Below, piece after piece: positions 1-11,836 of a DNA stretch of 64,000 nucleotides. The stretch is from NCBI GenBank assembly GCA_963797555.1, contig CAWCPV010000004.1, forward strand, positions 352,001 through 416,000, read 5' to 3'. This DNA is from an uncultured Gammaproteobacteria bacterium (lineage in GTDB: Bacteria > Pseudomonadota > Gammaproteobacteria > CAWCPV01). Every line of letters begins with the position of its first letter. The stretch's first letter is position 1. The translations under genes were made by a program, and so were the position numbers. Below the pieces are notes generated by a model, which worked only from the letters and a program-made list of their open reading frames with translations, was not told the origin of the DNA and did no database searches.

Positions 1-510
1 ACATAGGGCGGCGTTGCAGTCTGTTTCTCATGCCTCGACTAAAGAGTCACGCATAATCAACTGTTCTGCAAGACATACCTGGATGGTTACCAGAAACAGA
101 ACTGAAGGCGGCTGAATTTCATCCAGGTACGCCCATTGGGTTGGTCTCGAAGCCCAACGCGGCGGCACGCCGCTTCAGGGCTGCGATGGCGCTGCTGTTC
201 TTCGTAGCGCTGCTGGCCTTGGTCGACATGTCCCCGTTGGCTCCGCTTCTCGGGCGGGACATCGAACGGGCTGGACAAGAGCCCGAGTCCGACCCTGACA
301 GCCGAGCGCAACGCCTCTGGACAGGCCGTGGTAGCGTTTCGCTGCTAGCTGATCGGAGTCGTCTTACAAGAGCACGCCGAGTTCTTCATCGTCCCTCGGA
401 CCTCGGGGTATCGCCGACGAACGCGTCATGCAAGCAGCGCGGTGTCCGGTTCCGTAGCCGGCCGGCGCGTGTCTCCGACGTGGCGCTCCGGTGGCGTGCG
501 GACTTCCCGC

Positions 511-1821
511 CTACCACAGGGGTTCGCCCGCCAGCAGCCGTTCCCGAGCCTTCTCGTGCACCTGCCAACCCTGCCGCTCGAGCTCCTCGCGGGCGAGCCG
601 ACTCAGCTCACCGGTGACCCATAGCTGCTTCCCGGTCACCCCCGGCAAGGCGTGCGCCTGCTCCGTCGCCGCCCGAGCCATGCGGGCCGTGTCGGGTGTC
701 CACACCAAGTAGTCCAGCGGGAGGTTCAGCACCAGCGTGCCGTCGGCGGTCTGCGCGGCCGTCACTCTACCGATGGCCAGCAACCGTCGGATGGGGCGCA
801 CGCCGCGATGGAATCCCGCATACATCTGGGCCATCCGCTGCCGGAACAGGGCCTGCTCCTCGCTGGCCGTGTTGACCGCAGACTTGACCAGCACGCCCCG
901 GTCCGCGACACCGGTCATCTGGCCCAAGGCATGCACCAACAGCGTCTGACGCGTCGGCGAGAACGCAGTATTGTCGAGGAACAGGTCGCCGGTCTCCGGG
1001 GAGACTCCCATCCCCCGCAGCCTGTCACGGTTCATACGGCGCAGATCGTTCGGCGGCTGCCGGGCGATTTCATTAAGTGTCTCGCTGTCGCCCGACATCG
1101 ACGCCGCGACCCCGACACCTCCCGGGATGGCCGCCAGGGCCAGGCGCAGGCTCATCCCGCCCGCGTAGTCCGCCCACGCAATGTCGTCCAACTGTTTTTG
1201 CAGAACCTTGTTCGAAGAGTAAACGTCGACACCGAATTTCTGGGCGATCTCGCGTTTCGTCTTGGAGAATCCGATCGCAGTTTGCCACCCGTTGCCCTGA
1301 GTGTCGTTGCCCGAGAGACTCTCGCCCACACTGTGAAAGAGGCTTGCGACGCCGGTGACCGCGCCCTCGAGGGTTCCGACCGGGTTGGTCACAAGGTTCC
1401 TGGCCCCGGTCATCACGTTAGTTCCAGCCTTTGCCGCCGCATTGGCGAATTCATTGGTCCCCCGAACCGCCGACATGGCCGCGATCGCGTCAATCTCGTG
1501 GACTCGGATGCGCAGAAACGCGGTGGACGGGGCCTTGAACGGCCCGAAGTCGGACTCGATGGTGTAAGTATTCATGTACCCGTCATTACGAACCGTCTCC
1601 TGCACACGATAGTACTTCCCTGCCAGCAGCCCCGAGGGAAGAATCCGGGAAGCCTTCAGGATAGGGAGCGATTCGTACCGCTCTGCGGCCGCCGAGGCGA
1701 GACCGGTCGCCAATACCAAGGCGGCGATCACGGCGGCGCCGGCACGGGCGCGGCCGTCACCGCGCGGGGGACGCGCCCGCGGGTCGGCCCGGTCGGGTGA
1801 GTTGTGGGCATGGCACATCAT
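511..1821 (-). CDS. Hypothetical exported protein
   Basis: Long ORF; GGAG RBS before ATG at 1821; hydrophobic signal-like segment (AAVIAALVLATGLASAAA). Confidence 0.7.
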   Translation of the reverse strand: MMCHAHNSPDRADPRARPPRGDGRARAGAAVIAALVLATGLASAAAERYESLPILKASRILPSGLLAGKYYRVQETVRNDGYMNTYTIESDFGPFKAPSTAFLRIRVHEIDAIAAMSAVRGTNEFANAAAKAGTNVMTGARNLVTNPVGTLEGAVTGVASLFHSVGESLSGNDTQGNGWQTAIGFSKTKREIAQKFGVDVYSSNKVLQKQLDDIAWADYAGGMSLRLALAAIPGGVGVAASMSGDSETLNEIARQPPNDLRRMNRDRLRGMGVSPETGDLFLDNTAFSPTRQTLLVHALGQMTGVADRGVLVKSAVNTASEEQALFRQRMAQMYAGFHRGVRPIRRLLAIGRVTAAQTADGTLVLNLPLDYLVWTPDTARMARAATEQAHALPGVTGKQLWVTGELSRLAREELERQGWQVHEKARERLLAGEPLW

Positions 1822-2150
1822 GATGTCTCCATATGCTTTTAATGCTTTTATACTTTCTCGGACCGCCGAACAGTTAAATCGCGCAGCCGGCGGCGGTAAC
1901 CACGCCATGTATGGTCCACCGGGAAGTTCCATGGCGAGACCTCGCAAGTCACCCTGCGGGAATCAGACGCCTGGGCATCGACGCGGGGCTTCGAACCGCT
2001 ACAGCCTCGCGCGTCCGGGCGTAACCTTTGACCGCCGCTCGCCCACAGGCATCAGTGGCATGCAGCAGCCGCAGACCTCCTCCTCACGCAACTCACCAGC
2101 GCGCTGGACGAGGCCCGCGGCGCTCGATCAAGCCGATGCGGCGCCCGCGC

Positions 2151-3083
2151 TCAGTCGACCAACTCGACCCGGAATCCCTCCGGAGCGAGTGTCAGACGAA
2201 CGCCCTCTTGCTTGGATTTCAGGCGCATGACGACGCCCTTGTCGTTCTCCATGACGATGGCGAATCCGCCTTTGCCGAGCGTAGCCCCGGCAGCCCCGGA
2301 CACATAGGTGCCCCCGAAGTCCTGCAACTGTACCAGCTTGTACACGTCGCCGGAGGCGTCGATCTTCGAAAACCCGACATCCCCCGCAGACAAACCGCGC
2401 ACCTTGAAACGGTGGACCGAGCCGTCATCCAGGGTGAGCGTGCCGCTGCCCCATTCGAAGCCTAGACCGAGCGCTACCGCTTTGGCCTCTACTTGCACCG
2501 TGCCCGATACCTTGGGTGGGGGCACCACGGAGATGGCATAGGACTGGACGTAGCTGGCCTCGACCTGATCGCCCACCTTCACCTGCGTCAGGTCGACGCC
2601 CTTGGCGACCTCTAGGGTGACCGTCTTCTTGGCCCCCTGCAGCGTCACCGTGCGCTTCTGCGGGTCGCTGGCCTGCACCGTCGCGACGATGTTCAGGGTG
2701 TTGGTGATGGTCCCCCCCGGCATCTGGCCGGGCTGGGCTCGGGTCATCTCCACCGACTCCGCCCGCTCCCGGATCCCACTGCCTTTGGGCGCCAGCGCCA
2801 GGGCGAGTCCCTCGTAGTATTCCACCAGGACTTGGTCGCCCCGCTTGACCTGGGCGAGGTTGCGCACCTCCGGTCCGGCAGTGAAGGTCCAGGTCTTGCC
2901 GTCTTCTCCCTGCAACGTGACCTGCCGGGTCTGTTGGTCGATGGCCACGACGGTGGCCATGGTGGCGACCGCGCCTGCCACTCCGGCAGCGGGCATCTGG
3001 GTCTGCTCCGCCTGGGCGGACAAGACCATGGGTGCGGTGAGCGCGATGAGGAATGCTGCGACTGAAGGCATTGTGCGTCTCAT
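2151..3083 (-). CDS. Exported protein with two OB-like repeats and a C-terminal EipA/DUF1134-like domain
   Basis: RBS GAAGGAG; signal peptide; repeated 'ATVxAxDxxxRxVTLQG...QVKxGDQV'; C-terminal 'GFEWGSGTL...GVRLTLA'. Confidence 0.6.
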   Translation of the reverse strand: MRRTMPSVAAFLIALTAPMVLSAQAEQTQMPAAGVAGAVATMATVVAIDQQTRQVTLQGEDGKTWTFTAGPEVRNLAQVKRGDQVLVEYYEGLALALAPKGSGIRERAESVEMTRAQPGQMPGGTITNTLNIVATVQASDPQKRTVTLQGAKKTVTLEVAKGVDLTQVKVGDQVEASYVQSYAISVVPPPKVSGTVQVEAKAVALGLGFEWGSGTLTLDDGSVHRFKVRGLSAGDVGFSKIDASGDVYKLVQLQDFGGTYVSGAAGATLGKGGFAIVMENDKGVVMRLKSKQEGVRLTLAPEGFRVELVD

Positions 3084-3156
3084 GCTGTGCTCCTTCCAAG
3101 GTGGTGAAAAGCTTTGCCAAAACCAGTGCCGCGGGCCAAGGCCAAGCCGCGCGGCT

Positions 3157-3726
3157 CTAACGAACGCTTGCCGTGGTACCGAACCTCGGCGGTGCGACGG
3201 TAGCGAGGCCGACCATGCCCCACCCGACGAAAAGTAATCTGATCCCGACCAGGGTGCCCACGGCCCAAACCCCGGTAAGGGGCCATTCACGCAGGAGCAA
3301 AATCCCCAGGAGCAGCGACACGAGACCGCCAAAGAGCAGCCAGCCCCAGCCTTTCGCGGGCTTCGCCGCAAACGACGCCCCGATCTCGAACACGCCGTCC
3401 GCGAAGAAGTAGGCAGCGAGCACCAGCGTCAGGGAAGCCAGCCCCAACAGCGGCTGGGCGAGCATTATGGCGCCACAGGCAAGGCTCACCCCGCCCAGCA
3501 GAAAGGCCAGGAGTCCTCGCCCGAACGATCCGGCCTTGAAGGCCCAGACCAAGCGGACAATCCCAGCCGCCACCAGCAACGCCCCTACCAGCAGCGACAC
3601 GGCTACCCCCGTCAGGAACGGCGCCAGGATGGCCAAGGTCCCGAAAACGATCACCACGACGCCCCAGATCACCAAGCGCTTGCCGCCTGGCTCCATCCGC
3701 TTCAATGCCTCGTTCGATCGACTCAT
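3157..3726 (-). CDS. HdeD/DUF308 family membrane protein
   Basis: About six hydrophobic helices; 'GWGWLLFGG', 'WAVGTLVGIRLLFVG'. Confidence 0.8.
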   Translation of the reverse strand: MSRSNEALKRMEPGGKRLVIWGVVVIVFGTLAILAPFLTGVAVSLLVGALLVAAGIVRLVWAFKAGSFGRGLLAFLLGGVSLACGAIMLAQPLLGLASLTLVLAAYFFADGVFEIGASFAAKPAKGWGWLLFGGLVSLLLGILLLREWPLTGVWAVGTLVGIRLLFVGWGMVGLATVAPPRFGTTASVR

Positions 3727-4297
3727 GCTGTGTTTCCTTCTCGTATCTCGATTTTTGGGAGCCCCCGCAAACGAGCCCCGAGGGTCCTCCGGAACCGCAC
3801 AGGGGTCTCTCGCGGCCTGACCGAAACTCAAGATCCCGTGCGGGAGGCATCGACCTGACCCTATCTAATGGCTCAGAGCGCTCAAGTCATCGCCGAACGG
3901 CCATCTCGTCGGGCCGCGAAAGCATCTCACAAAGAGGCTGCGCCCACAATGCCCCGGTCGGCGGAACACCCGGTCCCGTCAGAGCCCATCGATGAGTACA
4001 GGTGTTGAGTGGTTGGGTTGGGGGGTCTGATGAGGTGTGACGATGACCGGTCACCGCTCGACGACGGCGCCCCCTGGGCCGCGGACGGGGCGTATCCAAT
4101 GCCTCCTGCAGCCTGGCCGCGGCTAGAGCGAGGAGGTGGATGCCAAGATAGTCCCTTCCACAAGGCCCTCACTGCACGGCCAGACTTCAGGCTGCCGGTC
4201 CGGCGGCCCTCGGCCAGAGCCCTTCAACTGCTCCGGTCCCGAGATCAATCCATCGGATGGTCGCCGCCTCCCGTTCCGGGGGCGGAGTTCTTTCCCC

Positions 4298-5212
4298 TCA
4301 TTCCACCGTCACCGCCTGCGTCTCCGGCGGCAGATGAGCGGCGAGGGTCTCGGCCAGGCGCGTGGTGGTCTGCGTCACGGGGGAACGGCGGCGCCAGACC
4401 AGGCCGATCACGCGGGAGGCCACCGGCGGGGCCAGTGGTCTCAGCACCACGTGCCTACGCGTCGGCTTGAGCGCCCCGCTGGCCCGCACCGGCATGAGCG
4501 TCACCCCCAGGCCCATGCCCACCATCTGGCGCAGGGTTTCCAGGCTGGTGGCGCGGATCTCTTCGTTCTTCAGACCCTCCAGGTGGCACGCCTCCAGCGC
4601 CTGGTCTCGTAGGCAATGACCTTCCTCGAGCAACAGCAGACCGGCCCCGGGCAGATCGTGGATGTCCACCTGCGGGGCCTTCGCCAGCGCATGGTCGCCA
4701 GGCAACGCGGCTAACTAAGAAGGGCTCCCGGAAGAGCGGCGCCACCTGCAGGCTGGGGTTGTTGACGGGCAAGGCCAGCAGGCCCGCGTCCAGGGTGCCT
4801 TCCGCCAGTTGGGCGAGCAGGTGGGGAATCATCTCCTCCCTGAGCAGCAGCCGCAGCTTGGGATGGACCCGGCGCACCAGGGTGATCGCGTGCGGCAGGT
4901 AATAAGGCCCCAGGGAGGGATGACGCCCAGGTGCACGGTGCGGTCCATGGGATCCCCGGCGTGGCGCGCCAGGCCCCGTATGCGGTCGGCCTCTTCGACC
5001 ACACGCCGGGACGAATCCACGATCTCCCGGCCGATGGGCGTGGGACTGACCTGCTTGAGGCTGCGGTCGAAAAGGGTGACCCCCAGGAAGTTCTCCAGCT
5101 TCTTCACGCCCGTCGAGAGGGTCGACTGGCTGACGAAGCAGGCATCGGCCGCCCGCCTGAAGTGGCCGGTGTCCGCCAGGGCCACCACGTAGCGCAGCTC
5201 TTGCAAGGTCAC
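4298..5212 (-). CDS. oxyR: OxyR-like LysR regulator (two apparent frameshifts near 4910 and 4712)
   Basis: HTH 'MTLQELRYVVALADTGHFRRAA...SQSTLS'; redox motif 'EGHCLRDQALEAC'; divergent from catalase. Confidence 0.85.
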
Positions 5213-5341
5213 GGCGTCATCGATTCAATCGGTAGATTGGGCCATTCTAGATAACTCATTGGATAGATAGAACGGTCTGGGTTCTAATGTCCGCACCTCC
5301 CGTCCAGCGGAGGGCCGACTGCCCGAACCCAGGAGACCGAC

Positions 5342-6808
5342 ATGAGCAAATGCCCCGTCATGACCACCTACGCCGGCATTCCAGTTGCCGACAACCAGAA
5401 CTCCGTGACCGCCGGGCCCCGCGGGCCGCTGCTGATGCAGGATTTCCAGCTTATCGAGAAGATGGCCCACTTCAACCGCGAGCGCGTGCCCGAGCGTGTG
5501 GTACACGCCAAGGGTGCCGGCGCATACGGCAAACTCTCGGTCACCGCCGGCCTCTCCAAATACACCCGCGCCAGGCTGTTCTCCAAGGCGGGCAACGCTT
5601 GCGAGGCATTCGTGCGCTTCTCCACCGTGGCGGGTGAGCTGGGATCGGCCGACACGGTCCGCGACCCCCGCGGCTTCGCCGTCAAGTTCTACACGGAGGA
5701 GGGCAACTGGGATCTGGTAGGCAACAACACGCCGGTGTTCTTCGTCCGCGACCCGCTCAAGTTCTCGGACTTCATCCACAGCCAGAAGCGTGACCCGGCC
5801 ACCGGCATGCGCGACAACACCATGCAGTGGGACTTCTGGAGCTTGTCTCCCGAGTCCCTGCACCAAGTGACTTGGCTGTTCGGCGACCGGGGGATCCCCG
5901 CCACGTACCGTCACATGAACGGCTACAGCAGCCACACCTATAGTCTGTGGAACGACCAGGGCGAGCGGTACTGGGTGAAGTGGCACCTCAAGACCCTGCA
6001 GGGCATCCGGTGCCTCGCCGCGGGCGAGGCCGCGCGCATTGCCGCAGACGACCCCGACTACCATCGTCGCGACCTCTACGAGGTCATCGAGCGGGGTGAC
6101 TACCCGAAGTGGCGGGTCATGGTGCAGATCATGCCGGAGCCCGAGGCCGAGACCTACCCCTTGAATCCCTTCGACCTCACCAAGGTGTGGCCGCACGGAG
6201 ATTACCCGCTCGTCGAGGTTGGCCTCCTGGAGCTGAACCGCAATCCACAGAACTATTTCGCAGAAGTCGAGCAGGCGGCCTTCGAGCCCTCCAACCTGCC
6301 TCCGGGCTTCGGTGCCTCGCCGGACAAGATGCTGCAAGCGCGGCTCCTGTCCTATCCGGATGCGCACCGCTACCGCATCGGCATCAACTACGGTGCGCTG
6401 CCGGTGAACAAGCCCCGCTGCCCGGTGCATAGCTATCATCGGGACGGCCACGTGCGCTTCGACGGCAACTTCGGGGGCGCGCCCAATTACCAGCCCAACT
6501 CCTTCGGTGGGCCGGTGGATGACGCGTCTTACCGCGAGCCGCCGCTGAAGGTCTCGGGCGACGCCGACCGCTACGATCACCGGGCGGGCAACGACGACTA
6601 CGCCCAGGCGGGCGACCTCTACCGCCTCATGGGGGCGGATGGAAAGACCCGGCTGGTGGACAGCATCGTCGGTGCCATGGCGTCCGTGCCGCGGGAGATC
6701 CAGATGCGCCAGATCGGCCACTTCCACAAGGCCGATGCGGACTACGGCCGGCGCGTGGCGGAGGGCCTGGGGATCGACATCCAGGATGCCATCGGCAAGG
6801 CCGCGTAG
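5342..6808 (+). CDS. katA: Monofunctional heme catalase (small subunit)
   Basis: '[15 protein letters not shown]', '[18 protein letters not shown]', '[12 protein letters not shown]'. Confidence 0.95.
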   Translation: MSKCPVMTTYAGIPVADNQNSVTAGPRGPLLMQDFQLIEKMAHFNRERVPERVVHAKGAGAYGKLSVTAGLSKYTRARLFSKAGNACEAFVRFSTVAGELGSADTVRDPRGFAVKFYTEEGNWDLVGNNTPVFFVRDPLKFSDFIHSQKRDPATGMRDNTMQWDFWSLSPESLHQVTWLFGDRGIPATYRHMNGYSSHTYSLWNDQGERYWVKWHLKTLQGIRCLAAGEAARIAADDPDYHRRDLYEVIERGDYPKWRVMVQIMPEPEAETYPLNPFDLTKVWPHGDYPLVEVGLLELNRNPQNYFAEVEQAAFEPSNLPPGFGASPDKMLQARLLSYPDAHRYRIGINYGALPVNKPRCPVHSYHRDGHVRFDGNFGGAPNYQPNSFGGPVDDASYREPPLKVSGDADRYDHRAGNDDYAQAGDLYRLMGADGKTRLVDSIVGAMASVPREIQMRQIGHFHKADADYGRRVAEGLGIDIQDAIGKAA

Positions 6809-7077
6809 CAGAACAGCGGGCCGCCCGCCCCGCACGGGCGGCCTGCATGCGGCTGCCATGGGTACGCGAGGCATCTCATGAGCGGATTGCACCATCGTTA
6901 CGCTGAGCGGCCCGATGGATCGGAGCACGCCGCGGTCGGCAGCGGCCCGCTGACCCAAGTCATAAGTCCGCAGGAGACGCCGGGTCGATCGGCGGCTTCG
7001 TGCTGACGATGGCGATGATTCTCCACACCGCACTCGGCTGAGGGTGGTTCCCCATTTCCCAACGACAGGAGCGAAAC

Positions 7078-7644
7078 ATGGCCAAGGCACTGAAGAAGAC
7101 CAAGACCGACCAGCCCTTCCTCAGCGACATCAAGACGCTGCGCGAGCGTGCACGCAAGCACCTGGAAAACGGCGCGGTGACCGCCGGCTACCGGGCCGAC
7201 CGGGACACGGTGCTCAAGCTGCTGAACGAGGCGCTGGCCACCGAGCTGGTCTGTATCCTGCGCTACAAGCGCCACTACTTCATGGCAAGCGGCATCAACG
7301 CTGACGCCGTAGCCCAGGAATTCCTCCAGCACGCCAACGAGGAGCAGATGCACGCCGACCAGATCGCCGCGCGCATCGTGCAGCTCCAGGGCGAGCCCAA
7401 CTTCAGCCCGGAGGGGCTGGCCACCCGCAGCCACGCGGAGTACGTGGAAGGGGACGACCTGGCCGACATGATCAAGGAAGACCTTGTGGCCGAGCGCATC
7501 GCCATCGACAGCTATGGCGAGATGATCCACTACATCGGTGACAAGGACCCGACCACGCGGCGCATGCTGGAAGGGATTCTGGCCATGGAGGAGGAGCACG
7601 CGGACGACCTCGCCAGTCTGCTGGAGGATCTTCAGAAGGTATAG
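7078..7644 (+). CDS. Bacterioferritin/ferritin-like protein
   Basis: Di-iron ligands 'LATE..Y', 'EEQMHAD', 'AERIAI', 'EEEHADDL'. Confidence 0.85.
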   Translation: MAKALKKTKTDQPFLSDIKTLRERARKHLENGAVTAGYRADRDTVLKLLNEALATELVCILRYKRHYFMASGINADAVAQEFLQHANEEQMHADQIAARIVQLQGEPNFSPEGLATRSHAEYVEGDDLADMIKEDLVAERIAIDSYGEMIHYIGDKDPTTRRMLEGILAMEEEHADDLASLLEDLQKV

Positions 7645-7908
7645 AGTTGCCCATCAGCGGTGCCGCCGTCGAACGGTGCCAGGGACGGCCGGCCTGCCCT
7701 ACGTGCGAGTGCTCGGAGATCTCCGTCGCGTTCGTGCTTGCCGGCGATGCCGTCGTGCTCGCCCGATCCTTATTGGTGTTCGACGCCTTCCAGAGGTTGC
7801 CTCCCGAGTGTCGGGGCGGCGCCAGGGTGTCATGGTGGGCGCAAGGAGTTCGGCGCCCGCAGTGGGCGTGACGGGCAGGGGGAGAAGCGGAACTGCGGAA
7901 AGATCTGG

Positions 7909-8589
7909 CTACTCTCCACTCACATCGGCAATGATTGCAATTCGCCTGCCGACACCCCGCACGCGGAGCGTGATCTTGTCGCTGACGACGCCCGGGAGGC
8001 CCTCCATCCCGAATTCGGAGCGGCTGATCTCGCTGGTTGCGCAGAACGTCATCTCCCGCTCCGGGGTCTTCGGGTCGAACTCCTCGAAGGCGTAGCCCAC
8101 GTCGAAGCTTGCGGGACGGGTTACGCCGAGCAGCGTCAGCTTACCCGTGAGGCGCGCCTTTCCGTTGCCAGTCAATTGTATCCCCGTGCTTACAAACCGA
8201 ATCTCGGGATACCGCTGTACGTCGAAGAATTCCTCGCCCGTTACCATCCTGTCGATGATCTTGCTGCGGGTGTCCACGCTGGCGGGTTCCAGCACCACAT
8301 CCACATGGCTGCGCTCCAGGGCAGTCGGCGGGATCACGAAGCCGCCTTCGAAGTCTGCGAAGGTCCCGCGCACTTCAGAGAAGGGGAAGTGAGAGACACG
8401 AAACTCCATCCGGGACGCTTTCTTATCCAGGACATATCGGCCCGCCACGTGCGCCGGCGAGATCGCGACGCGGTTCGCGCCGTGGTTTGGAATATCGCAG
8501 GGGTCGCTCGCAGAGGCGGCGCTTGCCGTTAGGATCGCGAGCGCGAAGACACTCGCCAGCCTCTGAAGAAGATTTATGAACAGAACCAT
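7909..8589 (-). CDS. YceI family periplasmic protein
   Basis: Signal peptide; 'FFDVQRYPEIRFVST', 'GKLTLLGVTRP', 'ISRSEFGM'. Confidence 0.85.
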   Translation of the reverse strand: MVLFINLLQRLASVFALAILTASAASASDPCDIPNHGANRVAISPAHVAGRYVLDKKASRMEFRVSHFPFSEVRGTFADFEGGFVIPPTALERSHVDVVLEPASVDTRSKIIDRMVTGEEFFDVQRYPEIRFVSTGIQLTGNGKARLTGKLTLLGVTRPASFDVGYAFEEFDPKTPEREMTFCATSEISRSEFGMEGLPGVVSDKITLRVRGVGRRIAIIADVSGE

Positions 8590-9183
8590 GCGGTTATATT
8601 CCCATTCCGGTTAGCAAGAATTAGCATATTAGTGGACTCTACTATATCATCAGGAATCGCGTCAAGGGCTCCCGATTTGCCAGAACTGCCCCGGTTTCGC
8701 TCCCCGGGGCTAGCCAGCGTGTGCGGTGGCCCTGCGTGATGGGTCCTGTCCTGGCGGGTCCATGCGCCTTTGCGGCGCGTCGGCTGCGCCGGGAGCACAG
8801 CGCGAGAGCCGGATACGGCCGGGCACATGGGCGCGGCAATCCTACGGGAAGAGTCTTGCCTCAGCACTTTTGGAAGCTTGAAGATCGCCGCAGCCCAGAG
8901 CGCAGGGCGGCGGAGGAGCCCCCCGCAGAGCCTACCGTTTCGTCAGCCGCGTGGGGATCTGGGCGACGTCCGCGGCGTCAATTGTGCCTGGGGTGCTGAG
9001 TAGAGAAGTGAGGCTCGCCCGAGGCTCCGCGCTCTTCACCAGCGAACCGTCTTGTTGGGCTGCCGGCCTGGAGTCTCGGACCGCCCGGCACCGGAAGGCG
9101 ATGGCGGATACGCCGAGGGATGCGCAGGAGACGGATGCTTGACGAGTCCGAAGGCCATCGAGCATCGCCCGATGAGCCCCTCG

Positions 9184-9585
9184 CTATGGGTGTCCGGCTG
9201 AGAGCTTGCGAATAGATCTGCTGGCTGTCCCGATAGCGGCGTGCTCGCCTATCGACCGGGGAGGTCTCGTAGCCGCGCTCCGGGAGCCTGACGACTCTCG
9301 GGCCGCTCGCGACGAATCCTCACAAGCCTTGAGCGGCCGTGCGGTGATCAGGCCTTCTGCGGGCCCGATGCTGCAAACGCCGCCGTAGACGCTCATGATG
9401 GACTTGAGTTCGGATAAGACGGACCGGCGTTCGGCCTCACACAGCGGCGCCAAGTCTGCGGGTACTTCTCCGCGTTCCGCGCGAGCCATCATTTCCACGA
9501 CGTAGCGGCAGCCTCGCCGACAGACGGTCTCGAGGACGTGGTCGATGGAACCGAGCGGGCTGCGGTTGACGGAGCTTCGGGGCAT
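9184..9585 (-). CDS. Small hypothetical protein downstream of sufT
   Basis: Protein-like 'LETVCRRGC...LSELKSIMSVYGG'; start and end uncertain. Confidence 0.4.
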   Translation of the reverse strand: MPRSSVNRSPLGSIDHVLETVCRRGCRYVVEMMARAERGEVPADLAPLCEAERRSVLSELKSIMSVYGGVCSIGPAEGLITARPLKACEDSSRAARESSGSRSAATRPPRSIGEHAAIGTASRSIRKLSAGHP

Positions 9586-9646
9586 GCCGGCCAGATTATA
9601 CAGCGCCGGCCGGTTCCCTTGTAGTCGGAACGAAGTCCGCGTGGCG

Positions 9647-10797
9647 CTAGTGTAGTGCTTCATTCTGTTTAGAACTTAAACGTGCGTTGGCGCGGATGAC
9701 CTTCTGCAGGATGTCCTTAGCCTTGGCGGTCCAGATGAAGGGTTTGGGATTGGCGTTGTGGGCATCGACATAGCGGTTGATGGCATGGATCAACTCGGGG
9801 ACGCTTCGAAACACGCCACGGCGCAACCGATCCACAGTCAGGTCGCGGAAGAATCGCTCGACCATGTTCAACCAGGATGCTGAGGTGGGCGTGAAATGGA
9901 TGTGGAAACGCGGGTGTTTTCCCAGCCATTTCTGAACGTTGGGATGTTTGTGGGTGGCGTAGTTGTCACAGACCAAGTGCAGTTCCTTGTCCTTGGGCGT
10001 CTCGCGGTCGATTTGGCGCAGGAAGGTGAGCCACTCCGTGTGGCGATGGTGCGGCTCGCAGCGGGCAATCACGGAACCCTCCAAGGTGTTCAGGGCAGCA
10101 AACAGTGTCGTGGTGCCATGGCGCTTGTAGTCATGGGTCATGGTCGCAGCCCGCCCCTTCTTCAGCGGCAGGCCAGGTTGGGTACGATCCAGCGCCTGAA
10201 CCTGACTCTTCTCGTCGCAGCACAACACCAAAGCATGCTCCGGGGGGGACAGATACAGCCCGACGATGTCCTCCAACTTCTCGGTGAATTTCGGGTCGCG
10301 CGATACCTTGAAGGATTCGACACGATGCGGCTTCAGCCCATGGGCATGCCACACGCGCAGCACCGTGGTGTCGCTCACTCCGTCCGCGTACTCCACTGTG
10401 TCGCTGCTAAGGGCTGGGTCTGAGTCGTGCGTCGCACGATCTCGGCGGCATCCACCTTGGGCTGACGACCTCCGCGCGGCAGGTCACACTCGATGGCCGC
10501 CAGCCCGCCTTGCGCATAGCGCTCCCGCCAACGCCCAACCTGCACACGCCCAATCTTGAGTTCCGCCGCGATGGCCTTGTTCTCCATGCCCACCGCCGCC
10601 AACAGCACAATGCGCGCTCGGCGGGCCAGCCTCACACTCGTGGTGTTCGAACGCGACACACGCCTCAGGCTCCGCTGTTCTTCCGCGCTCAGTCGGACCA
10701 TCGGGGCTACTCGCATCAGTGCTCTCCTGTCTTGGCTTCATAGCCCTGGACAGCGATAGATCATATATGTTCCGTTAATTACCAAGCACTACACTAG
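9647..10797 (-). mobile_element. IS630-family element, copy 1 (16-bp internal deletion frameshifts the transposase)
   Basis: Terminal IR CTAGTGTAGTGCTT at both ends; DDE motifs '[11 protein letters not shown]', 'CDNYATHK', '[10 protein letters not shown]'; near-identical to 45525-46691. Confidence 0.95.
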
Positions 10798-11342
10798 AGA
10801 CCGGTCTCCAGGCGCGCTACGGCAGACATGCGCTCCGGCGTCCAGCGGGGCTCGAGCACCAGCTCCACATGGGCGGCTTCGACCGTAGGGATCAGCTCGA
10901 TGCGGCTTTTCACGTCATCCGCCAGCCACTGTGCCATGCCGCAGCTCGGCTCCGTAAGGGTCATCTTGACGAAGACCTCGCGGGCATCGTTGCCGCGCGG
11001 CTCGACGCGGCACTCGTAGATCAGGCCGAGATCCACGATGTTGACGGGAACCTCCGGGTCGTAGCAGGTTTTCATTTGCTCCCACACCAGCTTCTCGACG
11101 TCCGCATGGGTGGCTTCGGTGGGCAGCTCGGGCGTGGCCGGCCGGGTCCTGCCCAGGGCGTCGGCGTCCGCTCCCGCGATTCGGAACATGTGCCCGCGCA
11201 CGTAGACCGTGAAGTTACCACCGAGCGCCTGGGTGAGGGTGCCGACCGTGCCTTTGGGCAGACTCACATCCACACCCTCAGGGACGGCGACGGCCTGGCA
11301 ATCCCTGACGAGCGTCACTGGCTCCTTGACTTTTCCGTACAT
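10794..11342 (-). CDS. sufT: Fe-S cluster assembly protein SufT (DUF59)
   Basis: 'ALGGNFTVYV.G.MFRIAG.DADALG', 'CYDPEVPVNIVDLGLIY', 'MTLT.P.CGM'. Confidence 0.9.
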   Translation of the reverse strand: MYGKVKEPVTLVRDCQAVAVPEGVDVSLPKGTVGTLTQALGGNFTVYVRGHMFRIAGADADALGRTRPATPELPTEATHADVEKLVWEQMKTCYDPEVPVNIVDLGLIYECRVEPRGNDAREVFVKMTLTEPSCGMAQWLADDVKSRIELIPTVEAAHVELVLEPRWTPERMSAVARLETGL

Positions 11343-11836
11343 GGCGGTTTCCCTCGCTATGAAGGCCGATGAGCTCCCTGGGGCCGCAAAGGAGATACGA
11401 AGCAGAGTAGCGCAGTTGCCCTTGCGTGGATAGCGTGTGGGCGCCGTGGCCGGATCCGGCGGCGGCCCGGCGAGGACGCGTGCCGCGACGGCTGGGCCGA
11501 CAGGGAGGGTGCTTCACTTTCGCTCGTCGTCCTGGCACTGGCACTTGACGTCCCCAACCTCTAAAGACAGGATAGCTCAGAGCTAGTGAGGAAATCGTCG
11601 CGAGCGGGCACAGATCAAGGCGTACGGAGCCCAGCGACAAGACCTGTCAAGTCCAGGAGCGAGCCGCGCGCAACGCCGCGATCGGGACAGACAGCAGATT
11701 CATTCACAAGCTCTCCGTCTCGGTGCCTCGGGAGCTTCAGGTCTGGCCCGCTTGCGCCGCCAAGCCGGAAGCCGGGTGCGATTGCGGAAGCTCCCGAAGC
11801 AGCCACGGTCGGCTCGGACAGCTAAAGGAGATCGCG

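Noticed and set aside
76-129. 10-bp inverted repeat TACCTGGATG/CATCCAGGTA
   Set aside because: Short, at the window edge, no supporting context
5225-7090. Long antisense ORFs (also 17254-19083, 25231-27141, 43392-45320, 57587-59122)
   Set aside because: Shadow frames of real high-GC genes
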